Assembly: GCA_016748015.1 (NCBI GenBank)
Contig: JAAOMT010000168.1
Coordinates: forward strand, 43,991-107,990
Reading direction: 5' to 3'
DNA: 64,000 bases
DNA from: Geosiphon pyriformis uo1
Lineage: Eukaryota > Fungi > Glomeromycota
The notes under the pieces are model-generated. The model had not been told where the DNA came from and did no database searches. It worked only from the letters and a program-made list of their open reading frames with translations. Positions 1 to 12,329 of the stretch are shown here, piece by piece. The position numbers and the translations under genes were made by a program. Position 1 is the stretch's first letter, and each line of letters starts with the position of its first letter.

Positions 1-330
1 AAAATTGAGGGTAATTTTTCTGATTTTCTAATTTTCTATCTTTTTGAATCTTTATCATTATTGGAAACTTAAAAGAAAATCACGCGATTTTATTGAGATT
101 ATTTCTGAAACGTTTAATGCGTCAATATATCTATTTTAGGATAAAAAAAATTAGAGTTGTGAACGCCAGTATTGCTTAGAAAAAAAATTTCCTTTTTATT
201 GAATTTTTAATTCGTTGTCATGAAAATATGTTAATTATAATTATTATTAAAAAAAAGTTGTCCATGCAAACATTCGAATTTGTTCGAATTTAAAGTTAAT
301 TATCTAAAAGTATTATTCTTGGTGTCAAAC

Positions 331-422
331 TTATTTGTTTTGTGCATACAACTTCCCAACTAAGGTTTTATTTTATTTGTTTTGTGCATACAACTTCCCA
401 ACTGAGGTTTTATTTTATTTGT
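331..422. repeat. 42-bp direct tandem duplication (2.2 copies)
   Basis: TTATTTGTTTTGTGCATACAACTTCCCAACT(A/G)AGGTTTTATT at 331-372 and 373-414, one mismatch, plus a partial third unit. Confidence 0.95.
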
Positions 423-1406
423 CTCTTGTGAAACATTTTTGGTTTGACTGCATTTTTAGATGCCAACAATAAACTTTATTAAATTAAATTAAGGGATAAG
501 AAAATGATATAAAAAAAAATTTCAAAGCCTTTTAATAAGAATTTCTTTGGCGAAATTATTAAATACAATAATAGATTATTTTATAGAGTATCGTAAATTC
601 AATGCACATAACACTTTATGATGATCTAAATTTCTTAAAATAGAAATATCCAAACTTGAAATTTTGTGTGTCAATTCCTCCTTTTGAGAAAAATTGTAAG
701 GGGACGAAAAGCATCAAACATGTAAATCATGCAGTAAAACGTATGAAAGTTTTGAACAACCCAAAGTAAGATTTCTTTGGAAGACAGACTTCTCACAATC
801 AAGTTCTGTTTAAAAAATATGTTTAATTTTAACTAGTTAAGAATGAAATTCTAAGTTTTTTCTGGCGTTTTATCTACCTTTCATATATTTGCACTATTAT
901 TATTTTATTGTTGAAATGAACGTGTACTATTAATAAGTACAAAATTTGTGCTTTTATTTTGTGTTTGAGAGAGTAGGTTTCTCAAATATTTCACTTTTAT
1001 TCCCAAACTGTAACATAAGAAAATTTTATTTATTAATTTTTAAATCTGAAATTAAATGAATTTTGTGTTGAAAAATATTTTTTAATGAGATTTGAAAAAT
1101 GGTTATTTTGAATCATATAATTTTTTGACTATGAGGGCTATTTATTATTATAGAATATTTTCTTATCAATGATATTTAAATATTAAATATTCATTGTAAT
1201 TAACGTGTATTTTGGGAATTTTGCCACTACTAACTTCAATATTGTAAAAGGTAAAAAAATTTATTTTATTAACTTATAGCATGCAATTTTGTTGATAGAA
1301 AATAAGAAAAATAATAGTGGTTTAAATCTTTAACCATATTAAAAAAGTTTTTAAAATTATTAAAATTAAACCATTTAATTTACAAGACTAACCATTTTCA
1401 TTAATG

Positions 1407-1447
1407 CATATTTGCTCATATTTATCAAATAAATATGAGCAAATATG
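1407..1447. repeat. Perfect inverted repeat, 19-bp arms, 3-nt loop
   Basis: CATATTTGCTCATATTTAT (1407-1425) - CAA - ATAAATATGAGCAAATATG (1429-1447). Confidence 0.95.
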
Positions 1448-2194
1448 ATGTTAGTTTATGGCTGTTTAAACTTATTTTTATAATAATAAAAATAAAATTC
1501 GAGTATATATAAAATCATATTTTGAAGTCTTTGATTTTTTTCTTTACCTTATCTCAGTATACAAAACAAAGGACAATTAAAAAAAATTTGGAATATTTGT
1601 TTGTGATTCTAAGTAAAATAATTGAATAATAGTTATTCCAAATCAGGGTATCATTATAATATTAAATATTATTATTATTATTATTATTATTAGAAACGCA
1701 ATATTTTCTCATTATGGGATTGGAGTTTTATCAAATAATATAAACACTAAATAATAAATATGTTTTTTATCATACTATTATTATATCCTATATTGTAATA
1801 TAAGGAATACAATAGTGAAAGCTAACTTCTAAAGATCTTTATTAAAATTATTATTTTTTGGTTTATTAGACTTTTATGATCAAAATTTTTCGCTCAGTCA
1901 TAGTTTATTTTGGGTAGTAAAATAATCTGCTCAGAAGTAAATAAAATTTACCTCCGAGTTTTTTACTTGATCAAAAAAATACTGAAAATTCGGCTGTTTA
2001 GATATTTCATGCTTTTCGAATGGAGGCTTTTAATATTTGAAGGTGATTTGATTGCAGTAAGTTGAAGACCTCAGAAAATAAATATAAGAGACCAAATACT
2101 CTGAATTAATTGAATTATTGATAATATGTGGATTAATATGTTCTCCAATAGCATAAATACTGATACTTTGGAAAGATTTCTCATACTTTTATCA

Positions 2195-2550
2195 AATGTC
2201 CACTTTCACATTTTATCCAATGATTTCGGGAATTTACTAGATAGTCAGAAATTCTCTGATTTTAGGATCGTTGTTGTTCGAGAACAGAACTTTTCATGCT
2301 CATTCGCAAATTTTAGGAAGATCACAATATTTTCCTATAGCGCACTATCTAATAATTGGGTTAAGCCATTATCTTCACTAAACCTAATTTTCACCTAAAT
2401 TTTTGAAATAATTCTTAGTTAAGGGTTTTTATTTGCTTCAAAGTAGTTTGGCCAATATAAATTCATATATTTTTTTTTTCTGTACAGATATATTTATAAC
2501 AGCGAAATCTCTTTTGATAAACATGGAGTGTTTATCATTTTAGGATTTTT
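2195..2550 (+). pseudogene. BTB/POZ-domain gene relic, frameshifted and truncated by a Gypsy fragment
   Basis: Joining frames gives ILSNDFGNLLDSQKFSDFRIVV / FHAHSQILGRSQYF / ALSNNWVK / IIFTKPN / FEIIL, then an intron-like ~70-nt segment ending tgtacag (~2487), then YIYNSEISFDKHGVFIILGFF. These are typical BTB motifs (F.AH..IL.RS.YF; F..IL.YIY). Confidence 0.8.
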
Positions 2551-3010
2551 TGTTACACTCCCTAATTTATCAAAAGAGGAACTTAAATAGTTTAGTGAAA
2601 ATAATGAAAGCATTATGCCCAAAAGAGCACATGAAACAGATGCTAAATTTGTCTCAGATATTCAAAACAAGTTTTCATAATTTTAAAACTTTGCTTGCTT
2701 GCCAACATAGATTTAAAATTAATATTAAAAATTCCAACAACAACCATGATTTAATTAGCATTTAGATCTAACTTAACAAGAAAAAAGATTACCACAAAAG
2801 GAGGAATAATTAAGACCGGATACATAAGAAATATCATTATTATATTACAGAATGATTTAAACAGAACCTATAAAATAGAACCAATAAAAAAGATAACACA
2901 AATCATATTCTAACCTTTGATTAAAATAGCTAAATTAGTATCAATAAAAATGAGAAAAGAATTAGAAATAATTGTTAAAGGAATTAATAAATTCAAATTA
3001 ATTAGAAAAG
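2551..3010 (+). pseudogene. Retrotransposon-borne dUTPase domain (degenerate)
   Basis: Translation IMPKRAHETDAKF (motif I), LAFRSNL (II), GGIIKTGYIRNI (III), KITQIIF (IV), VKGINKFKLIR (V; restores to RG..GFGSTG by reversing G>A/C>T changes). Confidence 0.8.
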
Positions 3011-6000
3011 TTGTTATACTTATTAACATAATAGAAAAAACTACTAAAAAAAGAAAAATTATATCCACTAGTTATGCTGTTTCTATTCTATTATATTGTA
3101 AATACTTGTTAGAAATACCACAAAAAATCAAGAATCAGTCACAAATATTTAAAGCAAAACCAGAAGTATGTTAAAAAAACTAGAATTATTACCAATTTAT
3201 ATTTGTTAACTAAAAACCACAAAAATTTTAGAATTCTAATTATTAACAACACAAAAAATTATGTAGAAATTCCAGTCAATACAATAATTAGATATTTAAA
3301 TTCAAAGATAGAAAACCAATTATGTAAATATATAGACTTTACATCATAAATTTGAACCCATAAAAATAAATGCTATTTGCTTTAACCAAAACAATTAAAA
3401 CAGGATAAACTTGAAAAATTTAGATTAACTACAAAAAATGCAGCTTTAAATACTATTCAAACAATATACTAATATTTTTACAATTAAAAATAAGTGTGAA
3501 AAAATTGACATAATTCAATACAAAATCAAAATAGAAAATAAATACAATACTAATTAAACAAAAAACATATAAAATACTAGCAATTAGTCATAATATTATC
3601 AAAAAAAAGATAAATTAAATAGTAAATAGCAGATTAATTTAATTGTTTATGAATTCATAATTATTATTAGTAGTAATAATTCAAAAAAAAATAGCAAAAT
3701 CTAATTTTGTATAAAGTATTATAAGTTTAATAATACTACTTATAGTAATAGTTATTTAACATTATAAATTAAAAAGTTTTTAACTTATTTAATAAAAAAA
3801 ATAGTTTTTTATATTTAATTAAACAATAACTATTGGCAAATAGTTATGAATTTAAATAACAAAAAAAAATAGTGTATATAATAAAAAAAAATTTTGAATT
3901 TATAGTAATACTATTTAGCTTGACAAATACATCTACTATATTTTAATAATTAATAAAAATAATTTATTTTAACATATTATAAAAATCAGTAACTGTTTAT
4001 TTAGATAACATAAATGTTTTTTTAAAAATATTTAATAAACATTTTCATTATTTACAATAAATATTTAAAAGATTAAAATATATTAAATTAAAATTAAATG
4101 TTAATAAATGTTTTTTAAAAAAACAGAACTCAATTCTTAAAACATATAATTAAAAAAAAAACATAAAAACTAATTAAGATAAAATTGAAAAAGTTAGAAA
4201 CTTTTAAAATCCAAAAACTTGATTAAACTTAAAAACTTTAACAATTATTGCTTTATTAACTTCAAGCCAAAAATACTAAATATAAATAAATAAATATACA
4301 ATAACAAATTTTTAAAACACTAAAATAAAAGTTTATACAAGTTTTAATTCTAATATATTTAAATTATAGTAAAAAATTTATAATTGTTACAGATTAAAAG
4401 TTAAATATTTATATTAAACATAAAAAACTAATATTAATAACTTATTATAAATAAAACAGTCACAAGAATAAAACAATAATAAAACAACAAAATAAACAAT
4501 AAAAACTATTAATAATTATTATATTATATAATTACTAAATATTTTAAAAAAAACTATCTTAAAATAAACAAAATAAAATATATTAGCAAATTAAACATTA
4601 TATTAACTACTAAAATATATTTTATTAAAGAAATTAATAAAATATAAATAGTTTATTAAAAGTAATAAAAGAGCAAAAAAAAATTGTTTTATTTAACATG
4701 TATTTGATTCAACAATAAAACATTTTAATTAAAAAACAATATTAAAAAAAACCAAAAAAATATATTACTAATTAATAATATATTCAAATATAAAATAATA
4801 TATAAAAAACTGCAATATTTGCCAAAAAAAAAAGAATAAAACCAAATAAACTATTAAAACCAATTAAAATTAAATAACTATTTAATTTAGATTAGAATTG
4901 ACTTAATTGAATTAAAATAATAATAATAAAGACAATAAATATATTACTGTTATCATAAACTATTTTACCAAATGGCCAGAAGTTAAAACTATTCAAAAAG
5001 CTAATACAAAATTAATAATTAAATTTATTTATTAAAATTTAATATATTAACATAAATATTTAAAAAAACTATTATTAAATCAAAAAACTCACTTTATAAA
5101 CAGAATATTAACAAAATTAAGCCAAAATTTTAAAGTAAAAAAATTATTATTATTGTTATATTATTTATAAACAAATAATTTAATTAAAAAATTCAATAAA
5201 ATATTATATAAAGTATTAGTTAAAATTAATTAAAAAAATAAAATTTATTCTTATTATTAATTTTATTGATTTATTAAATAAAACAAGATATTATTTAAAT
5301 AATACTATTTAAATTAATATATAATAAAACAACAATATTATTATTAAAAAGAAAAAGAAAAATATATTTAATAAAACCAATAACAAAAAATATATTTTAA
5401 GAAATATTGTTGAGATAAATATATAACTTAATAGAAACTTTAAAAAAGAAAAACAAAAATAGTTATTCATATTAAAAAATTATAAAAATTATAAAAAAAA
5501 GACATTATTTAAATTTATAATTGAAAACAAAGTATTATTATATTATACAAAAATAGAAAAACAATAAAATAAAAAATTTAATCCAAAATAAGATAGACTA
5601 TTCTATATTAAAAAAATACTTAAAAATAAAATCTATAAATTATAATTAGAAAACTAAATCTTAATTAAAATATATAGTAATTGATTAAAGCTATATTATA
5701 ACAAACTATTAATATTACTTAGTAAACTATAATTAAAAATACAAAAAATACTAGTTAAATTCAAATAATATTTTATAAGATTTAGACCATTTATTATTAT
5801 TAAGATTAACATATTATAAAATTAAATATTTATTATATAAATACAATTAGAATATAATAAAACAAAATAATAAAATAAAAATTACAAATAACATCTACTT
5901 AATAACTTAACAACTGTTTTAATTATTAAAAACCAAAAACTTAAACATAAAATAATAATCAATAGTCAAAATATTTATTATAAAAACACTTAAAAAATTA

Positions 6001-6351
6001 GAAAAATTTTATATAATAAATAAAACAAATAAATAAATAATTATGTAAAAAAAATTATTAAAAAAGTAAAAAAAACTTTTAAAAATCTAATAACATTTAT
6101 TTAACCAAAAAAACTTAAAAAAAGTAACTTAATAATTTACTTAAAAACTATTTATTAATTATATATAATTTTTATAAATATAATAAAATACTATTACATT
6201 TAACTATAAAAACTTAGTTAAAAAAAATGATTAGCTCATAATTCAAAAACTAAAGACTAAATTTTTCAAAATTATAACGAAAAAAAAGTACTTGAACTTA
6301 TCTAAAAAAACTTAAAAGATCTTGTTAAAGCTTAATATTAAAAAAAAATAT

Positions 6352-7095
6352 TTTTATTTATATAAAAAACCAGAAAAAAAAATAAAAAATAAAATAATCA
6401 ATAATAGAATAAACAATTATTAAAACATATAATATTAAAAATTCTAAAAATATTAACAAAAACATTAAAGATTTCAGAAATGCCAAAAATTTATATATAT
6501 ATATAACAAAAGAATTAAAAACCAAAAAAATAGACATTTTAAAATTAAACAAACTTATTTTAAAATCAGTTTAATCTTTATTATCACTTTAATCAAATTA
6601 TAACTAATTTAAAAAACTTATTTATAAACTTCGATTTATTATGTTAAAATCCAAATACTTTTTATATTTGATACTATTAATATCCAATTTATTAACTTAA
6701 TACTATAAAAACAATAGTTTTTGATTATAACTATTAATAAGATACTAATTTTTATTTTAATTATTTTTTTCTTTTTATTGTTTTTTTTATTTACTAATTA
6801 ATTAAAAAAAAGTATTAATATTATAATATTAAAAATTATTTAATAAAAAATGCCAAAAAAACTATAGATATAGTTATAAAAACTAGAATTACTTATTAAA
6901 AAAATACAAATACCAGAATAAATTAGTTACTAAATAAAAAAAACTAATATTAATTATTAATTATATTTATATTAAATTTTTGTTTATTATACAAAAAATT
7001 CTAACTCAAAATCTTAAAAGTACAATAGTTATCTAATTAAGTACCAAGTTATAGAATTATCTATTAATAATTAATTAAAAAATCTATTTATAATA
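6352..7095 (+). repeat. 3' LTR of G1 (family A)
   Basis: Follows the PPT. Shares blocks with the other family A LTRs (TACTAATTAATTAAAAAA; TGTTTATTATACAAAAAA; CACCAAGTTAT) and ends TATAATA (decayed TGTAACA). Confidence 0.7.
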
Positions 7096-7276
7096 CTACA
7101 TAAAATTAAAATTATAATATATAATATATTATAAATACTACATTTTTTTGTTATTAATACTATAAGTTATAATAAATTTATAAATTTTTTTTATTGATTT
7201 TTATTATTAGAAAGATTTAAAATACTTTGTTAATTAAAAAAAATCTAAATAATAAATTTAAGATTGTAAAAAAATT

Positions 7277-9590
7277 AGAAATAAATAAAATAATGGACAT
7301 AAACTCTTTGTTTCCTTAATTTTATGACCATGACCAGAGCTAAGGGTAAAAAGGCTGCACCTGATATCTGTCCTAAGATATCTAATAAAATTTCAACCAG
7401 AGGAGCTCTTTCTGTTGTAGAAGCAATTAGGCAAAACGTTTTAGAAGCCTTCTTCTTACCCAGTAATCGTGAAAAGCTGCCTTTGGTAGCCACTGTATCA
7501 ACTTCCCCATCTTTGGCTGGTTTTTCACCAGTCAAAGTTCTTTCAAAGAGACATATTTGGGTTAGTCCCAGTGTTGCCTCCATCCCGACTAAGAGCCCAA
7601 AAGTTTTTAATAATAGACCAGTAAATAAGCTGGTCTTCCTCTTTATAGACTTAACACCTGGTGCTTCTGGCACCACCTCTTCAAAAAAAATGGTCAAAAA
7701 AACCAAAAGTTCAGAAAAGTAGGGGCAGTCACTTGCCTCTGCTATTGTCACACCGAATCCCTTTGTGGTTCCCAATGAGATCCTAGATGAGATCTCAGTA
7801 GCATCATCTGGCACGTTATCTAAGATGGGCCAAGATCAACCACTGGCTGTGTTACCAAATGTGGTGTTTTTCGGCAGATCATTGCCGGTTTTAGAAGCAA
7901 AACAATCTCCTCCTGTTGGATCACCTGTTTTTGAGAACTGGGCTGATCAAATGGAAACTGATTTATCTCCTTCTCTAGTTTTTAGTGCTACTTTTGGTGG
8001 TGCTTGGGAAACTATTACTAGTCATCAAAGGTTTGCTGGGTGGGTGGCCTCCACTCTGGTGCCTGGTGCTACTTTCAAGACCAAATTGGCTTATGTTAAG
8101 ACTGTTTTTCAGTCTGTACATGGTTTCTTGAGTGCCAAATCTGTTTCAAAAGACAATGTGAAGCTTTTCTGTATGGAGTTTGCTTCTCAACAGTCTTTGG
8201 AAGCTGTGTTTCTGGTTAAGCTTACAGGCTCTGTTCATTTGGCCACTCTTAAAATTGCCAAGTCTTTGGTGGTTTCTGAATTTGGTTCTTCTTCTGCTGC
8301 TGTTGTGCTGCGTAATATGCCTTTGGGTGTGTCTGCTGCTGACATTAAGTTGGCTCTCAGTGTGTTTGGTAGTGTCGCCCATGTTGTACTGAAGCCTGCT
8401 GGCATTTGGCAGTATGTGGTGGTTTATTTTGAAAAGTTAAACTCTGTTGTGTCTGCCTTGAAGCATTGGTCAGTCTTGGTGGGCAAGGATAGTGTTAGAA
8501 TCCTCCCTTTGGTAAATCAAAATAAGACTATTTTGTCTCGTGATAAGTTTAAGGCCAAATTGGTCAATCTTCCCCCTGGTTGTACTGTCTTTGAAATCAG
8601 TGATATGATTTCTCAAATTGGTGGTCGTACATGTTTCATCCCTCGTTCTCCTAATTCTGGTCATTGTTCCCAGTTCGCTTTGGTTACATTTGACTCTCAA
8701 GATGATTTGAATTCTGCTGTAGTCAAGACTGGTACTCTAAGGAAATGCCGTATCTGGTGGAAAACTCCTGGCTGCCAACGCTGCTTTAGGTGTCAAGAAA
8801 TGGGTCATCTGGTTATAGATTGCAAGATTTCCCCACCCCCCACTTCCAAGGTTCCCAAGGTTTTCAAGTCTTGTTTTGTGAGTTCTACTTTATATGCCAA
8901 AACTGCTGCTCCTTCTGGTCTTTCTGAGTTTCCTCCTTTGGTGGCTTCTTTGGCTGCTTCTGTTGTTGATCCTGCTGTTGGTTCTAGATTGAACTCTTTG
9001 GAAAAGCAGATTTCGGATTTGGCTGCTCTGGTTAAGTCTATTGTTGAGCCTGTTGGTTCTTTGATTACTTTAGTGTCTCATTTTCTTGATGATAATGCTG
9101 CTAAGGCTGTTCAGGTTGAGAAAGATCTCATTACTATGAAGAGTGCTGCTAACAATTTTTTTAATCTCTTGGTTGAGATCTTCAAGGACATTGCTTGTCT
9201 TAGATTTGAGGTTGACTTTGGTGATATGAATTATGATGGTATGCTGGCTGCTAAGCCTTCCTTTTTAAGTGAGGACACTATTGAACATGTTATTGCTTTG
9301 TGGTGTATGTCTGGTGCTAAAACCAGAGGCAATATTGAGTCTACTAGATTGTTTCTTAGTGAGTTTATTTTTGACTCTAGGAATCTGAATGGTATCATTG
9401 AGAGAATTTGTGGGTTGGGATTATTTCCACCTACTTTTGATTCAGCGTAGTGAGTCCTTGATTGAGCCGAGTGTCTGATCACATGTAGAAAACACATGAT
9501 TTATGCCTATAATGTAATCTCTTCTGTGGTATCATAGTTTAGGTGGTATTTGGATCTCGTTTATTAAAAATAAAAAAAATAAAAAAAAAA
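7277..9590 (+). mobile_element. ORF1-only non-autonomous LINE-type element (HAL1-like)
   Basis: One ORF1 frame followed directly by a ~115-nt 3' UTR homologous to the UTR after ORF2 in the full LINEs, then poly(A) 9566-9590. Probable TSD AAAAAAATT (7268-7276, 9584-9592). The host L0 ORF1 reads through across the insertion. Confidence 0.85.
7324..9450 (+). CDS. LINE ORF1-type nucleic-acid-binding protein, ~708 codons, one internal TAG (7720-7722, likely from TGG)
   Basis: ORFs 7324-7722 and 7765-9450 are in the same frame. RRM-like VVLRNMPLGVSAADIKLALSVFGSV and AKLVNLPPGCTVFEISDMI, CCHC knuckle CFRCQEMGHLVIDC, coiled-coil-like RLNSLEKQISDLAALVKSIV. Confidence 0.85.
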
Positions 9591-9742
9591 TTGTTTTATT
9601 AAGTAAATATGTTTAAGAAGACTTTAATTCTTTTAAAATTTCACAAAATTATTTAGTTGTTATTTTTTTTAAATTTAAATTTAATTAAGCTAAAAAATTA
9701 TTTATTAATAAAAAAATTTTAGTAAACACTTATTTAAAATAT

Positions 9743-9955
9743 ACAGTTTTGGTAGATGCAGATTGTGTTCTTTTTTTTTGGTTTGAATAGTAATGCTTTT
9801 GTTAGTATAGATACATAGTGTTGTCTTGTCTGGCTTAAGTGACTGGCCACATATAGTAAATACATGAGCTGCATTTAGTGTATTCCACTTAGTTTGGTTC
9901 TTTGTACTAGATAGCAGTTGGACTTTACTCGTAAATTGCATAATAATAATAAAAA
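9743..9955 (+). mobile_element. ~210-bp 5'-truncated LINE tail
   Basis: Encodes the ORF2 C-terminus SFGRCRLCSFFFGLNSNAFVSIDT*, followed by the shared 3' UTR and a (TAA)n/A tail. Confidence 0.8.
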
Positions 9956-12329
9956 TAGATTAATATTAGATTAGATATAGAAATAATAATCAAAAAAATT
10001 CTAGTTAATTTTTTTAAATTAATATTAAAATTGGTATTGACTAATTTTGATAAGATAAAAACAATCAAAATATAACTTATTAATTTATAATAAAAAATAT
10101 TAATTGAATTTGAAAATATTAATATTACTAATTTAATTATTTTTAAATAGTTAATACTTATAAAAAACATTTTGTATATATTATTAAAATTAATATAAAT
10201 AAACAAACATGAAATTTAAAAAACTAATATTATATACTTTTATATATGTTTTTTATTAATATTATGGTTTATAATTTTTTAAATTTACTAATATTATATG
10301 GAAAAATTTTGTGTTATAATATGTAATTTGGTTATATATATTAAAGTTTGCTATATTATAATGTATTTTGATTTAATTATATTTAAAGATATTACTATTT
10401 ATTTAATTCTAGTTTATAAAGATGTGAACTTATTTTAAATTAGTTTAATATTGTTTTTGTATACTAATAATAAACAATTTAGTTATGTTTTAAAAAATTA
10501 TTTAATTAGTAAAAAATTGTTTAATTATAATAAAAAATCTCTTTTTAATTTAAACAAATAATATTTTATATATATATATATATGCAAAAAAACATGTTTC
10601 TGTTTCTTATCTAATTTTTTTTGATAACAAAACAGAAGTTTTAGTAATTATTGGTGCAAATTCTACTTTTTATCAAAAAATTTTTAATAATAAAAGATTT
10701 ATTTAACATTTTGGTTTATAATTTTATGGCTTTGGCTTTAAATTATTATTTAAATATTCTAAAAAAATTTTTAGATTTTTCTGCTAATTAAATATTCGTA
10801 TTTTGCATAAATTGATTTTTTTTTCTTTTTTATTTATTTGAAACTAAGAAAATATATCTACAAAAAATATTTTTGGTCTATTTCTATTAGTGAATAGTTT
10901 TAATTTAAATATAAAGTAAATAAAATATTACCAATTTACCAAGTTATGTCTATTGTAAACAAGTCTTAAAAGCTGTTTACAAATAATTTAAAAATATTAA
11001 CATTTAAAATTAGTAATCTTAAAACCAATATATTGGTTTTGAATAAGTCAGTAAAAACAATTTTAAATTTAATCTGTTTAAATAATAATATAGTATTCGC
11101 TTTTTGTCTCTAATATATAACTTAATTTAAAAAATAACTATATATAATATTAAAAACATAAATATTTTATTAAAAAAAATATTATTATTAAGTATTATTA
11201 AAAATTAAAATACGATTTTTTAATTATTACAAAAACTAAGTTTTATTTTAGCATTAAATCTTAAATTGCTATTAAATTTAAAAGGTTTATATTTGGTTTG
11301 AATTCTGAATTTTTAAATATTAAAATGGCAATAATAATAAATAATTGTTTAACTAAACATGTTTTAAAAATTTTTAAGATTTTTAATAAGCTTTTATTAA
11401 TTCTATTATTGTTTAAAATAGACAATTTATTATAGTTTTGGGTTTGTATATTGGTATTATATTAGATTTATAATGTAAATTTTATTGTAATTAATATATT
11501 AAACACAAATATTTTTATGGTTTTAAAAAAAAATTTTAATGAAAATAATTTTGATTACAATATTAGTTTTAAAAAATTTTTGGATCTGAATCTGTTTAAT
11601 TTGTTTAATAATTTTGGTTTACATAAACTATTAATATAATTTAATTTTAAAGATATTGAAAAATATATAAGCTTTATTTTGGTTAATAATAAATTTTAAA
11701 GCTTGATTCTTAATTAATAAATTTACAAATCAAATAAATTCTTTATTACAGATTATTTAACACTATTAGTAAACATTAGATTAAAAAATCTTTTGGATTT
11801 TTAAATTAATTTTGTGTATAAATAAATTAATAGAAATAAATAAAAATATAAAATCATTAATATTAATAAAAAAGCATAAAAAAGTTTAGCAGTTTGTTAT
11901 CAAATATTATTTTATATATAAAAATAATTTTAAAACTAGTAAAAATTTTTTAGATTTCAATAATATATAAATAATTTTTAACAAAATTTTGTGTAATACA
12001 ATAGTTATTATATTGTTAAAAAATAATTTTAATAAAAATTTGATTAAAAATATTATATTTTTTATATTTTATAAATTAAAATTACTTGTTTTTAAGATTT
12101 TAAAAACATTTAAGTTGAATAATTTGGAAAAATTTAAGATTTTAATAGATAAATAAATTAAGCATAATTCAAATATGATCACAAATTTTCAAAAATAATT
12201 AAATATTAAATATAGTATTTATAAGTCAAATAATTATTGATTTAGTTTAAAAAAATTTATAAATATAATAAGATATATAAATTCAAAATTATTAAAAATT
12301 TATGTATTAAAAATACTATTATTAAGTAT

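Larger units (their letters stand above)
2551..7095 (+). mobile_element. Ty3/Gypsy family A copy G1, 3' half (dUTPase-RT-RNase H-integrase-extra ORF-PPT-3' LTR), heavily decayed
   Basis: dUTPase motifs at 2610-3006. RT relic (PVVVV.KK..K.RFC-like) ~3660-3720. Integrase relic aligns by eye with 52600-53600 (e.g. AIINYFTKWPEVK ~4950-4990). GCTTAATATT+purine tract ~6330-6350, then an LTR. Confidence 0.85.

Noticed and set aside
640-775. Possible exon (CKSCSKTYESFEQPK followed by GTAAG)
   Set aside because: Too short, with no further exons or recognisable domain.
2551-2560. TGTTAC at 2551 as an LTR start
   Set aside because: What follows is internal pre-dUTPase coding sequence, not LTR; the match is coincidental.
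6358-6552. Hydrophobic Phe/Ile/Leu-rich small ORFs (also 9925-10206, 28618-28818, 38435-38686)
   Set aside because: Artefacts of extreme AT content in decayed LTR/LINE DNA, not membrane proteins.
7275-7814. Antisense 179-aa ORF and the other short antisense/alternate-frame ORFs over the LINEs
   Set aside because: Shadow ORFs of ORF1/ORF2 with no recognisable motifs.
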